Shown: positions 44,501 through 53,469, numbered from the stretch's first letter. The stretch: 57,313 nt of DNA from a virus (IMGVR_UViG_3300033053_000010:1-57313), one strand, 5' to 3'. Numbers and translations are program-made. The notes: generated by a model from the sequence alone, not told the origin.

Positions 44501-45012
44501 AGATCTACTCCAGCTGCGGTGAATGTACCTATATTTTTTGTCATCTCTGCGAAGTTATATATTGTTTGGTCGGAGTATGTGTTCAATTCGTCAAGGGCTT
44601 TATTAACGTCATCTAACGTAGTTCCTTTACTTGCGGTGTTAGTTAAGATAGTTTGAATAGAACCCATCTTAGTTTCATATTCTTCAAAACCTGTAGTGAT
44701 TGGATCTATAGTTAACGAAGACAACAAATTCTTACCGGTCTCCAATGCGGAATTAGCTATATTAGTTAATGCCGTAACACCGACAATACCAAGGTTTGTA
44801 AATCTACTAGCTATAGAGTCAACATTACTCGCCATTCCTGCTAGAGAAAGCGATCTCCCAGCTCTATCTATTTCGTTTAACCCTCTGGCAGCTCCTTCTA
44901 AATTAAGACTCTTCTTTAGATTATCAAGCGATTTGACACTATCTCGTATCCCGCCTTCAAACTGACCATTATCAAATCGCATTTGGACAACTCGTTCATC
45001 AATACTACTCAT
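38566..45012 (-). CDS. Tape measure protein
   Basis: 2148 aa; Ala/Gly-rich amphipathic repeats, tape-measure domain (LNTYSDQTIYNF), I.SPS repeats. Confidence 0.92.
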   Translation of the reverse strand: MSSIDERVVQMRFDNGQFEGGIRDSVKSLDNLKKSLNLEGAARGLNEIDRAGRSLSLAGMASNVDSIASRFTNLGIVGVTALTNIANSALETGKNLLSSLTIDPITTGFEEYETKMGSIQTILTNTASKGTTLDDVNKALDELNTYSDQTIYNFAEMTKNIGTFTAAGVDLNTSTMAIKGIANLAAGSGSSALQASTAMYQLSQAIAAGKVSLMDWNSVINAGMGGELFQKALEKTATELGHGRDMAVSFRESLDAKKGDGWLTSDVLLKTLQKFADDPALVKAATEVKTFTQLLSTMRESVQSGWAKTWELIIGGKNESTTLLTGISGVFSAIVGQSDKARNEVVKGWKDLGGRTALIESFKNAFDSIMGIAGSLNGAFRDIFPATTAKQLVALTQGLQTLTANLKMSEFDLNNLRSTFKGVFAVLDIGKTIFLGLFNAVGVMLGGVGNLASTILTVTGAFGEWLTALDNTIKSSGIINKALLSIGYGINNVFTDIGGVLNYLGAKFIEIRTAVLKQIKFDPWVSFSNMLTNIGKVVTYLSEKLSELQTKISNMFTGVAQSFDGIDIGGAIQKMYNGVSKALVGSNDQVKKANDQVQSSFTTSIDNFIKNIGRISMAGIGLAIAKMVMTFTEMIRKKGDINSIFDGLKEAISGGLGQITSTLDSVRSCLKSYQDQLKAGLLIKIATAIAILAAAIVAVSLVDSAKLASSLAAIGGLFAQLLIAMKLFTLIGEMKASAIKASVVMITMSTSILIMAHAMQILGKLDVTQTITALGSVLALMAMMAMVTKVLSKDSGTFVKGALSIIAFAEAIKILAQACTSLSNLNPEQLKKGLIGIGVLLAELSLFLNKTNASLGLKTAAGILILSVALNNMYYAVKNIGDLNWETIKKGLMGIGGVLAEVATFDKFTSSSKNVIATSISLGIISVAMNNMGTVLSKIGELNWEVIKKGFLGIGGVLLEVAAFDKFTSSSKNVIATSASLVIVAYALQKMYTPLSQIGALNWEDIKKGLLGMGLALLEIFAFNKLSSGVKGTITTTIGLGITVGALALLAKDLQAFGGMNWEDIKKGLIGMGLAMLEILIMMNSLSKYTPVNAIALLEICTALNILTKAFQSFATLSWEGIAKGIVAVGLALGVISLSMQKLPADSIFTALGLTGVASAMVVMTQALIPLSNLSWEGIIKGIVGIGGSLVVLAGGIKLMEGSLTGILTLILAATALNLLVPPILQLSAISWEGMLKSLLTLAGVFVVLGLAAAVLAPVVPAMFALSGALVVLGLAVVAIGAGVALAAYGFDKLTASFAKLDGTTQQGAANISSAMAAMVKGIGDGIPALAKKMGEGMVAMVQSIANNIPAFANGIFKIISGMLDVLTKWAPVIAQKMLNIVLLMLNVVAQNVPRFVTAAADIIVAFINGISDNLPRIIDSAFKLIIAFINGLADAINGNSAALNDACVKLVDAIVNSIADLGGKFVDAGVNAVKGFIKGLKSDAGSLIDAGASLGKLALQAAKDSLNIKSPSRVFRDEVGAMVAAGMASGIRLHAKEAADASEEMAKDAVDTAKAWIEDRKFYNQISLDEELYVWEQIQDKYAQGTEERVKADKEAYTIKNEIYKRDYDNACKWIDDQKYYNKLSIEDELKTWKNMQSQYAAGTAEREKIDREVYRVQNEVNQKKKESDQEVFDAAVKLMEDRKYYNKLSLAEELAAWQDLQKKYAEGTAEREKADREAYRVQKEMNDKRKSIEDDYQSKVKSVNEKLKTDIKSLNDAYDQALKSKTDSLYNAYGLFDKIQAQKPVSGKQLTANLKGQITEFQDWQKNLDELSGKGISSDLMVELRNMGEKSMMQVKALNQMTQPELDEYVSLWKTKHSEAADQAVSELTTLKTETAVKIQELRDQASKDLSALRQEWANQMAQLNATSDEQLTTLNTTYDTQVNNLADGTKQKMVDLSNNIKNIDWTSVGMAIVDGMIKGIKQKAAELAQIAAETALAALQAAKDALGIASPSKEFAKLGMYSDIGFANGLEKFAGVVTTSASGIGNSAIDALKSSISNISDIVNGSVDTSPVIRPVLDLSDIKSGGLLVDKMFAKTQGINVSSIANRIPNISTGQQATSGVSQVGDKGTSITFTQNNYSPTALSRLDIYRQTRNQISTMKGLVSD

Positions 45013-45395
45013 AGTTTAGTTACCTCCTTCCATGCTTCTTCAGCAATCTTATCAAATATCGGTCTAATGGCTGGGTTTATATAATCTCTCCCCTCAACAT
45101 AACCTCCATTTCCAGTACCATGACCATATTGAAGTATTATAGCAATCGGGACGCCGTTAACTACGTTCGTATTAAGCCAGACTATTTTAGCCCCACTCTT
45201 ATATTTCTTAATTTCATATGTCCATGAGTTTCTAGTCTCTCCTGAATCAACGGGAGTGGCTGAAGCAAGTGCTGAAACACCATCTCTAGCATATGAATCT
45301 AAGACTTTTAAAAAATCTGAATTTACAGATCCCTTAAAGAATTTTTCTGTTTTATTAAAATTACCCTTGTTAAATATCCTTATTATATAGATCAC
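45009..45395 (-). CDS. HK97 gp10-like neck/tail completion protein
   Basis: ATPVDSGETRNSW and LQYGHGT...GRDYINPA motifs. Confidence 0.7.
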   Translation of the reverse strand: MIYIIRIFNKGNFNKTEKFFKGSVNSDFLKVLDSYARDGVSALASATPVDSGETRNSWTYEIKKYKSGAKIVWLNTNVVNGVPIAIILQYGHGTGNGGYVEGRDYINPAIRPIFDKIAEEAWKEVTKL

Positions 45396-45931
45396 CCCCT
45401 ACTTCCTAAAGCATTTCTTCGAGCAGCATTTAGAGATGCATTTCTACTAGCCAACTCTTTTTTACTCATCTTCTTAGGTGGTGTGTTTTTTATGTTACAA
45501 ACGTTAATAAGTGTCAATAGTCTATTCAGATGCCATTTCTGACATTCGAATGGTATATTTAAAGCTATCATCCAGTAATAGATGACTTCAGCTGTTATTA
45601 TCTCTCTATTAATATTCTTCTTTGAATTCGGAAAGGTTGTTGCGGTCATATCCGCCTCTATATATTTACTAACCTGGTTCATATTATTATCTGTTAGATA
45701 TTTATACACGTCCTCATCGACGTTCTGTGTTATTGTCATGCATTTTACATAATCTATCGTTTCTTCTATTGTTTTATTATCCTTGGATAGGAAAGGTTTG
45801 TTCCACTTTGATTCCCATTTTGAAAGGGAGACCAAAGAATGTTCTAGGGTCAGTGTTTGACCCTTGGTGTATATGAATTCACCTTTACTCTCATCATACA
45901 ATTCGACTGAAGGTATAGTTATCTTTAACAT
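45392..45931 (-). CDS. Tail assembly chaperone-like protein (second chaperone gene)
   Basis: Position upstream of the TMP; EHSLVSLSKWESKW and WHLNRLLTLI. Confidence 0.55.
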   Translation of the reverse strand: MLKITIPSVELYDESKGEFIYTKGQTLTLEHSLVSLSKWESKWNKPFLSKDNKTIEETIDYVKCMTITQNVDEDVYKYLTDNNMNQVSKYIEADMTATTFPNSKKNINREIITAEVIYYWMIALNIPFECQKWHLNRLLTLINVCNIKNTPPKKMSKKELASRNASLNAARRNALGSRG

Positions 45932-45958
45932 CTAATGGTCTCCCCCTTTTTATTAAAT

Positions 45959-46411
45959 TTATAGTATAATACGCCAATCCTCAGCAAGACAATCATTTAT
46001 TGATGGAACCCATGTACTAACCGTTCCGTTTACGTTTCTAATTGCAAAGTAAGGATTATAAGGAACCACTTCCCCAAATTGCTCTTTAGCAACCTCAGTT
46101 AAGGCGGTATAAGAATTGGCAGGGACGTAATAGACGTACATACCTTTACCATTCCAACCGTTACGAGCAACTCTAAAGCCTTTCTTAACAGCCTCTATGG
46201 CAAGTCCAAAAGTCATATCCGTAATTAGTCTATATGCTTCTTCAAAAACATTCTTAGGACTCCAAGATACATATTCGTCAGAGTACTTAACTTTATATCC
46301 TTCGCTATTTGGGTCTTCATCCTTTGGAATTTGCCATCCTTTAAAATTATTATACTGACCGAGAGTCATTGGTTCAGCATCTATTAATTTAACACCTATA
46401 TATTTTTCCAT
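45959..46411 (-). CDS. DUF2829 / Tad2-like protein with an N-terminal extension
   Basis: MTFGLAIEAVKKG.RVAR.GWNGKGM...WVPSINDCLAEDW signature. Confidence 0.65.
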   Translation of the reverse strand: MEKYIGVKLIDAEPMTLGQYNNFKGWQIPKDEDPNSEGYKVKYSDEYVSWSPKNVFEEAYRLITDMTFGLAIEAVKKGFRVARNGWNGKGMYVYYVPANSYTALTEVAKEQFGEVVPYNPYFAIRNVNGTVSTWVPSINDCLAEDWRIIL

Positions 46412-46430
46412 TTTAAACCTCTTCCCAAAT

Positions 46431-46799
46431 TTATTTATTAATTACAGATGGTATAATACCATTTACGAATTTTGACGCAGCCTCAGCATCGGTTGCCAAT
46501 TCCATGAATAATTCACTGTATGCTGCTGTCTGAGAGAATTCATCTCTTAGCTCTTGATTCTTTATAAATCTCTTACCATCTGGAGATTTCACACCATAAG
46601 ATCTTAAAATTATGTCTTTAAATGATTCTATAATTCTCTTAGCGTCCTTGTCCTCTACAATCCTTTTTAGAGAATTAGCAAGTCCACCTTCTGTTGACAT
46701 TTCCATTTCGGTTGCTTCAGCCTTTGTTAGGTTGAAGTAAAAATCCTCAGTTCTTTCATTACCATCAAAATCTACATACTTAATTGTTTTCTTTAACAT
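46431..46799 (-). CDS. Tail assembly chaperone
   Basis: KKTIKYVDFDG.ER.EDFYFNL...FVNGIIP; downstream of the major tail protein. Confidence 0.65.
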   Translation of the reverse strand: MLKKTIKYVDFDGNERTEDFYFNLTKAEATEMEMSTEGGLANSLKRIVEDKDAKRIIESFKDIILRSYGVKSPDGKRFIKNQELRDEFSQTAAYSELFMELATDAEAASKFVNGIIPSVINK

Positions 46800-46827
46800 T
46801 TTATTATTCCCTCCAAATTTAAATTAT

Positions 46828-47121
46828 TTATTTTGTTTCTGTTTGTGTTCCTTCTGCTGCAGTCTCAACAATTTCTTCAAGACTGATACCTTCTAATTTA
46901 GCCCTTTCAACCAGATGTGTTTTATAGATTAACATAGCTCTTAATTGTCCATCTAATAATTTAATGCTGCAATTAGGTTTGAAATTTAATTGATTCTTTC
47001 TATATTTATCTAGCATTACTGATAAACCATTTATCCTATTCTCTAACTGAAAATATTCAGCCCTGAATCTTTCCTTGAAATCTGTACTATTCATCATTTC
47101 AACAGTTGCACTTAATTGTAT
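46828..47121 (-). CDS. Small helical phage protein (crAss001_48-like), possible ATA start
   Basis: MNS.DFKERF.AEY.QL..R...L..ML...C...LL..QL.AM..Y...L.ERA..EGI.L. Confidence 0.6.
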   Translation of the reverse strand: MQLSATVEMMNSTDFKERFRAEYFQLENRINGLSVMLDKYRKNQLNFKPNCSIKLLDGQLRAMLIYKTHLVERAKLEGISLEEIVETAAEGTQTETK

Positions 47122-47141
47122 AATAATCCCCTTCTTTCTAT

Positions 47142-47399
47142 TTAATCAACTATACGCTTGTTTTCCCATTTCTTGTATGCATCTAAGTAAACCTCTTTCT
47201 TATCACCATTATAAGTTATCTCATAATACATACCATCCGATACTGTAGTACTTACTAGTGCTTTCCAATTCTGTAGTGTTTTACAGAACCATACTACAAA
47301 CACTTGTTCCTCGTTTATTTCGAAACCATCGGTTTGATTAACGTTGTTGTTAAAGTAATCAACGACCAGTTTCTTAGCTTTATTTAGCATCTTATCCAT
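47142..47399 (-). CDS. DUF6275-like protein
   Basis: VFVVWFCKTLQNWKALVST...YYEITYNGDK.E.YLDAYKKWEN; start moved to 47399 after GGAGG. Confidence 0.7.
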   Translation of the reverse strand: MDKMLNKAKKLVVDYFNNNVNQTDGFEINEEQVFVVWFCKTLQNWKALVSTTVSDGMYYEITYNGDKKEVYLDAYKKWENKRIVD

Positions 47400-47418
47400 T
47401 TTGAATTCCTCCAATTTT

Positions 47419-47450
47419 AAAAGAGTCCCTATCAATTAAGATAAGGACTC
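47419..47450 (-). terminator. Terminator after the major tail gene
   Basis: GAGTCCTTATC-TTAATT-GATAGGGACTC + TTTT. Confidence 0.7.
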
Positions 47451-47458
47451 ATAATTTA

Positions 47459-48112
47459 CTAAGGTGTCATTAAAGTCTTTATTTCATCAGGTAGAGGTAA
47501 ATGAGCAGTACCAGTAGTATCACCAAATAGAATAACTTCAAGAGCCGCTAACTTAGTAGGGTCTGCTTTAGTTGAATCTATTGTTATTGATGATGTTGGT
47601 TTATGTCCAGTAACATTTACCGGTGTAGTTGTTACTTCCCATGAGAAAGTTATAGCCTCAGGTGAATCATTAATTGATTGATAAGCTTTCTCTGAAGGGG
47701 CTGCTAATGCACCATAGATTATGTGAAGTTTATATCCATGATCATCACCCTCTGTGTCATTACCAAGAGTTGTCTTATATGCCATACCGAATGATTTTCT
47801 AGTTTGTTGTCCTATTGCAACCCCAGTTGCTAGTGACGCTGAACCATCACATTCCGCAAACGCATCTGGATAAGTGTACGCTTCAATAGTAGCACCAAAT
47901 TCCTCTGCTGACATTAGAGTTAAATATTTTATATCATCAGCATATAATGGTGAAGCCTCAGCACCTGATGGACTTTCAGTTACCGCTGTTAAACCATTCC
48001 AAGCAACACCTGTTGGATATGTCCCTGCTGCATCTTGTACATATAAAACACCATTTTTGACACCGGTTTCGTAAAGTTTCTCTCCGGCTTGATCCCAAAC
48101 TAATTTTGCCAT
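47459..48112 (-). CDS. Major tail protein
   Basis: WD..GEK.YETGV..GVLY...YADDIKY...INDSPEAITFSWE; position in the tail module. Confidence 0.85.
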   Translation of the reverse strand: MAKLVWDQAGEKLYETGVKNGVLYVQDAAGTYPTGVAWNGLTAVTESPSGAEASPLYADDIKYLTLMSAEEFGATIEAYTYPDAFAECDGSASLATGVAIGQQTRKSFGMAYKTTLGNDTEGDDHGYKLHIIYGALAAPSEKAYQSINDSPEAITFSWEVTTTPVNVTGHKPTSSITIDSTKADPTKLAALEVILFGDTTGTAHLPLPDEIKTLMTP

Positions 48113-48126
48113 ATTATAATTCCTCC

Positions 48127-48429
48127 TTAATAATACATATTAAATATTGTGTGATAAATATTGTCTGATATAAATCGTCTATCGAAACTACATTTTGGTA
48201 GTCTAGATATTTTATCTACTATATCACAATCAGCATCCGTACTCATAACTGTTACTGAGTAAGATTTTTCTTGATGATATACTAAATCGTTAGCATGGTC
48301 ATTTTCTATTCTATCTACCGAATATTTTATGGCCGGGTATTTAATTGTTAAACTACTCGGCACCTGATAATATACATTCGGTCCTCCAATGGATAATAAT
48401 AAATTGTGTAAGTCTAATCTACTACCCAT
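48127..48429 (-). CDS. Tail terminator / tail completion protein
   Basis: NVYYQ.P....YPAI.Y; directly upstream of the major tail protein. Confidence 0.65.
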   Translation of the reverse strand: MGSRLDLHNLLLSIGGPNVYYQVPSSLTIKYPAIKYSVDRIENDHANDLVYHQEKSYSVTVMSTDADCDIVDKISRLPKCSFDRRFISDNIYHTIFNMYY

Positions 48430-48736
48430 TATACAAACCTCCTAAAGTTATTACTATTCTAGGTGGTTTAATATCTACTGAACTTATCTCCCATTTTGAT
48501 TTTGCAAAGCTTATATATCGCATGAAAGCAAGGTTATCTAACATAAACTTATTAGACACGACGCTGATGTTGTTATTAATGTTTATACTACCATTGATTT
48601 CTCCTTGATCGACTATTCTTCTACTATCTCTTACAACGTCACCGTAATACACCTTTTCAGTTATACCTTCGGTCCACACTCCAGGCTGAGTTTCCCCAGC
48701 CAGAGCATAACCTATAACACCAGAACACTTAGGCAT
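48422..48736 (-). CDS. Head closure / head-tail adaptor protein
   Basis: Position after the capsid gene; PGVW...PR..I.LGG.YNG. Confidence 0.6.
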   Translation of the reverse strand: MPKCSGVIGYALAGETQPGVWTEGITEKVYYGDVVRDSRRIVDQGEINGSININNNISVVSNKFMLDNLAFMRYISFAKSKWEISSVDIKPPRIVITLGGLYNG

Positions 48737-48748
48737 GTTCTATAGATC

Positions 48749-50440
48749 CTAAACAGATGTGTAACACTCAATTGTTATAGCTGAATAAGGTTTAACTAAT
48801 GCTCCTGAGCATCTAGTTTCGATTAAGTATTTCTGAGCATTGTAGTCGATGTCGAAATCGTCGAACATGTTAATAGCTCCACCCTTGTCAGCACCAATGT
48901 TGTAGTCAACAAGGTTTACGATTATACCCTGTAGAGTTTTAGTCTTAGAATCATCAACTCTAGTTAGGTTTTCCATGCTTGGAACAGTAACTATATCTTT
49001 AACTCTTAACTGGGATTTTAATTTCTCAACACTGTCATAAATTATTCTACCAGTTGTATCTTCAAGTAATAACATATCAGTTAACATATCTTCAGTAGTA
49101 TATAGGGTTGGTTCTCCAGATCCTTTATAGTTCTTTCTAGCCTTAACAGCTGCTCTGATAAAGGCTTTAGCAACAGCATCTGGTGTAGTTAGAGTCTTAA
49201 TGTCAGTAAGTGATTTTATAGTGTATAGATCAGCATCAGTCCATATAGGTCTAATGTTTGTTTCTGGGATCTTATCATCACTGGAACCTAATCTACCATC
49301 ACCGATTAACAACGCTCTAGCTATTTCCTCATTAAGCATCATTCTCATTTCAGTCTTTAACCAAGCAACAACATCGAAATCTGTGATATCAACAGCATCA
49401 TCTCTATCTAATTTCTGTTTCTTATATATAGTTGTTGGTGAAGTAGTTCTCTTTAATAGTGTGAACACCTCTTCAACTTTCAAGTTACCTTTTATATAAC
49501 CTTTAGCTCTAGCGTCATCTGCTGTTATATCAGCATATGTTGATTTGATTCTTGAGAATGGTGTATGGTGAACTCCGTTTAATACGTTATCAACCCAAGT
49601 GTTTGGTCTCTGTATGAATGTAGGAGTAGCATCTACATTTTTATAGTCTGGGAATAAGTAATCAATGTTTGTTATCCCGTGCGCTAATACAGAATCCCTT
49701 AAACTTCCATATCTCTTACCGTCAGCAAATATTGCTTCGATCTCACTGTGTGATAATACTTCCTCTTTGTTTTCTTTGTTGAATACGTTTTGTTTCATTC
49801 CATCGTCTCCTTTATCATCATTATTTGAACCATTTTGATTTTCTTCTACTGCTGCACCAACTATGGCATATACCACATTCTTTTGCTCTTCAGTTAAAGC
49901 GTTAAACACTTCTTCTACTGTCTTTTCTTTAGATTTATCATCTGGTTTGTCTTTTTCTGCTGGTTTAACCTCCTTCTTTTTACCGTCGCTATGGTATAAT
50001 TCTATCTCTTCGCCGGTAAACATTACAGCTTCATCATCTACACGCATTCCGTGAACTATGACATCGTCTATGAAAGCGCCAGGATTAGCTCCAGCTAACA
50101 CTAATGATACTTCCCTTATCTGACCATGCATTACAAAATTACCTTGTTTCTTCAATTGGTTAGCGTATATTGACAATGCAACTACGTCACCGTGTTGTAC
50201 CATGTTCTTAGCATTTTGTGCTGTTGGAGTATCATTGAATGAACAATACGCATACACCCCGTCATCTCTGTTCTCTAATATAGCATGTCCCAAAACATTG
50301 TCTGGGCTGTTATGCTCGTGGTTCCAAACCAATGGCACCGTAGTCCCACTATTATGTTTAAATGCATCTTTAACTATTGTTAGGCCATCTGAACATTTTA
50401 AATTATTCTTGGTAGCCCATCCACTGAAATCATATTCCAT
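48749..50440 (-). CDS. Prohead protease - major capsid protein fusion (HK97-type)
   Basis: N-terminal protease (PLVWNH, LSIYA, EVSLV..GANPGA), charged linker, capsid region with E..RA.L.GDG. Confidence 0.85.
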   Translation of the reverse strand: MEYDFSGWATKNNLKCSDGLTIVKDAFKHNSGTTVPLVWNHEHNSPDNVLGHAILENRDDGVYAYCSFNDTPTAQNAKNMVQHGDVVALSIYANQLKKQGNFVMHGQIREVSLVLAGANPGAFIDDVIVHGMRVDDEAVMFTGEEIELYHSDGKKKEVKPAEKDKPDDKSKEKTVEEVFNALTEEQKNVVYAIVGAAVEENQNGSNNDDKGDDGMKQNVFNKENKEEVLSHSEIEAIFADGKRYGSLRDSVLAHGITNIDYLFPDYKNVDATPTFIQRPNTWVDNVLNGVHHTPFSRIKSTYADITADDARAKGYIKGNLKVEEVFTLLKRTTSPTTIYKKQKLDRDDAVDITDFDVVAWLKTEMRMMLNEEIARALLIGDGRLGSSDDKIPETNIRPIWTDADLYTIKSLTDIKTLTTPDAVAKAFIRAAVKARKNYKGSGEPTLYTTEDMLTDMLLLEDTTGRIIYDSVEKLKSQLRVKDIVTVPSMENLTRVDDSKTKTLQGIIVNLVDYNIGADKGGAINMFDDFDIDYNAQKYLIETRCSGALVKPYSAITIECYTSV

Positions 50441-50471
50441 TTATTTACCTCCCTGTTTTTTACATTAATAT

Positions 50472-51710
50472 TTATTCTACTCCATCATTTACCACATTAT
50501 CTTGTGGATTCGTTGGAGGGGTTGACTCTGCCGGTTGCGGCATGTTTGAATTTTGCAGTTTGTCTGCTTTAGGATCATCGGATGGTTTTATACCTATACC
50601 CTGTCTTAATTCATTAGCTGTTAGAATCTCATTTCTCGTGAACTTATCAGCTATGTCGGCAAGATCATTAATAGGTAGTAGTTTAAATGGATCTCTCATG
50701 TATATTACTGATTGACCTTGTGTTCTAGCTGTTTTAGTAAGGAATTTTCTCTTCATCTCATCACACACAGCCATTAGTATCGGTTCGACGGTTCTATTAT
50801 AGTAATTCAACATTGTTTTCTCATCAGCAGTTCCATCTAACACCCCAGTCGTTATACCTAACTGGCTATATAGCATACTCGTTAAATATTCTATCTGACC
50901 CATTAGATTATTCTCTACCGAACGATTAAGTTGAGTTACTTTCTCAGTACCATCTATATAACCAATACCATATTTTGAACTGGCCAATTGATCCTCTAAA
51001 TCCATTCTTCTCTTTTCTGCTTCTCTTCTTCGAGCTTCTGTTTTTATAACGTAAGGTAGTTGGATTATCATATCTAGTTTATTAGACGTGTTCTGATTAT
51101 CCACACTATCAAGCAGTACTAACTTTCGTACGAGTCTTTGTAAAGTACTGTTTGGTTCATTTATAACAGCATACAACGGATTCTCAACGATTCCGATGGT
51201 GTTTTTAGCGAGTTTTATTTCTTGGTTTATTCCTCTTTGGTCGTTGTATAATTCAACGATTACGTGATTAGGAAACCATTCTTTAATCCTCCCTGTTCTC
51301 ATAGTTAATATGTCTATACTGTTACTTTCACTTGGACTTATACTCGTATCAACTGGAACTATAGCAACACAGCCCTCATCCAATAATGATAATACAACAT
51401 CCTGTATGAATGATCTTCCAGTTTGATCTTTATTGGCTTCTAACGATAAACAATTATTCAAACCAGAATTAACATATGATAGAAACCTATCATTTTGATC
51501 CATCTTAGCATGTCGCACGTTAATTGCGGCAGCGTCCATCGCTATTCTATTCAACACCGACGTGGCTATGGATCGTTCATTACCTCTAGATAACCTAGGT
51601 CTATCTGGTCTATAAGAACTACTATGTTCACCAGTATAACCGTAATCATAAGTCGGATCTCGATTTGTAAATGCATTCCAAGCGTGTTGGAGTCTATCTT
51701 TAAGTTTCAT
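50472..51710 (-). CDS. Portal protein (HK97-like)
   Basis: Between TerL and the protease; ILTANELRQ..G..P C-terminal motif. Confidence 0.85.
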   Translation of the reverse strand: MKLKDRLQHAWNAFTNRDPTYDYGYTGEHSSSYRPDRPRLSRGNERSIATSVLNRIAMDAAAINVRHAKMDQNDRFLSYVNSGLNNCLSLEANKDQTGRSFIQDVVLSLLDEGCVAIVPVDTSISPSESNSIDILTMRTGRIKEWFPNHVIVELYNDQRGINQEIKLAKNTIGIVENPLYAVINEPNSTLQRLVRKLVLLDSVDNQNTSNKLDMIIQLPYVIKTEARRREAEKRRMDLEDQLASSKYGIGYIDGTEKVTQLNRSVENNLMGQIEYLTSMLYSQLGITTGVLDGTADEKTMLNYYNRTVEPILMAVCDEMKRKFLTKTARTQGQSVIYMRDPFKLLPINDLADIADKFTRNEILTANELRQGIGIKPSDDPKADKLQNSNMPQPAESTPPTNPQDNVVNDGVE

Positions 51711-51723
51711 ATCTATCCCCTTT

Positions 51724-53469
51724 CTAGAAAGCATCCTTATTAGCTTTATAGGCTACAAAAGAATCCATCATAGCCGATACGCAGTCTATCTTCTGCTCGT
51801 TTCGCTTTTTTAACAACTTCCTATTTCCATTAGTATCTTCTAATGTTATACAATTACCCATAGTAAACGACATTAGTTCTTCATCGAATAATAGCATTCT
51901 TTCCTCGCTTAGGTTTTTTAATTCACCAAGTGGTACTGATTCAGTTTTAGCCCCCTGAATAACCTTGACTATTCCAAACGAACCATTATCAGTTTCCCAT
52001 CTTTCAACGAAACTTTTTGCGTTATATGGGTCATATCCAAAACATCGAACGTCGTATCCCATATCGACTATGTGAGCATCTAAATCGTCATACACTTCAT
52101 CCATATCGAGAACGGTTCCTTCTAATACGATAAGTGATCCTTCATCTATAAATTGTTCATATTTAAATCTCATAGCTGATGGTAGTTTTGATAGTGTTAA
52201 ATTTGTTATATAAGCACGGGTTTTAACTCCAAAGCAACCATCATTAAATGGAAACATAAATGTGAACGCACAGAAGTCGTCACCCTGAGATAAATCGGCG
52301 CCCATCGAGCATGGTAATTGCCAAAAATCCCTTTTTCTATGTGGTAACGTCTCTTCATATGTGAAATAATATGTGTACCCTTCCATAGGTATACCGAAAC
52401 GCTTAGCTAATATATCATTTCTAGAAGCTGGTGCATTTTCGGCTCTTTCAACATCAAGTTGATATGTCTCATAGGAAACAGTCTTTCCTAAGTTAGGATT
52501 AGCTTTTAACCATCGATCGGGATCGTTAACCTCATCTATATTATCTAATTTATAATACCATATACTAACGTGTGGATTAATGTAATCACCTTTAAGTATA
52601 TCCATTAACTCCATTTTGATAGTATCACCAGCGCCATTACGAACGGTACCTTCGGAACTTATGGATACTATAAGATAGTCATCTATCTTAGACGCACCCT
52701 GTTCTATAGCGCCGATTACATCTTCCCTTATGTCTCCAGATAACCATTCATCAACAGTAGTTATCTTAGGTCTTAACCCCTGAAGTTTATTGATAGACAT
52801 TGGTCTTACTTCCAATAGAGATCCAGTTAGGAAATTCTCTATACCCTTCTTTGTTGCGACTAATTTTTGTCTAGTAGCTCGACTGCCCGTAGTATTTTGT
52901 ATAGATCCCTCTGTTAGGAACTTATATAAAGGACCTCTACTTTGTATTATAGCAGTTCGGAACGGAGCCATAACTTCTTCTGCCTGTTTCATCGTCGGAG
53001 CTGTGGTTATCTGATGTGTGGTTGATGTATCAACATTGAGGAAGTAGTTTTGAATACATTCAGCATACATAGATTTAGCTGCACCTCTGGCAACTATTAA
53101 ATATTGCTTATTTATTAATCTCTTCTTGATTCGACGTTTCTCATATCTCCCAGGACCATGCCCATCTTCACTAGGAACATAGACACTCTTCTCTACATAA
53201 TAATACCATCCGAATATTTGCTCTGCCCACAATTTAAATGTTTCTAATAATTGCATCGGCGATCCATCGGTAAGTGTTAATTCTTCATTACAATAAAGTA
53301 TAAAACCCTCAACGGCTTCATCGTCATAATATATTCCTGGATTATCTATAAGATCATCTATACGGTTCATCTCCATGGCAACTTCTCTACATACAGGTAT
53401 CTCTCCACGTATTACAGCTTCTCTAAATAGTCCATAGTAGATGGGAACCGCAGTATTGCTTAATGCCAT
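51724..53469 (-). CDS. Terminase large subunit
   Basis: VARGAAKS Walker A, VDE Walker B, nuclease GADLS..DD, YDPYN and KID motifs. Confidence 0.9.
   Translation of the reverse strand: MALSNTAVPIYYGLFREAVIRGEIPVCREVAMEMNRIDDLIDNPGIYYDDEAVEGFILYCNEELTLTDGSPMQLLETFKLWAEQIFGWYYYVEKSVYVPSEDGHGPGRYEKRRIKKRLINKQYLIVARGAAKSMYAECIQNYFLNVDTSTTHQITTAPTMKQAEEVMAPFRTAIIQSRGPLYKFLTEGSIQNTTGSRATRQKLVATKKGIENFLTGSLLEVRPMSINKLQGLRPKITTVDEWLSGDIREDVIGAIEQGASKIDDYLIVSISSEGTVRNGAGDTIKMELMDILKGDYINPHVSIWYYKLDNIDEVNDPDRWLKANPNLGKTVSYETYQLDVERAENAPASRNDILAKRFGIPMEGYTYYFTYEETLPHRKRDFWQLPCSMGADLSQGDDFCAFTFMFPFNDGCFGVKTRAYITNLTLSKLPSAMRFKYEQFIDEGSLIVLEGTVLDMDEVYDDLDAHIVDMGYDVRCFGYDPYNAKSFVERWETDNGSFGIVKVIQGAKTESVPLGELKNLSEERMLLFDEELMSFTMGNCITLEDTNGNRKLLKKRNEQKIDCVSAMMDSFVAYKANKDAF

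Noticed and set aside
45931-46440. Programmed frameshift between tail chaperone genes
   Set aside because: The two genes are separated by a complete intervening ORF.
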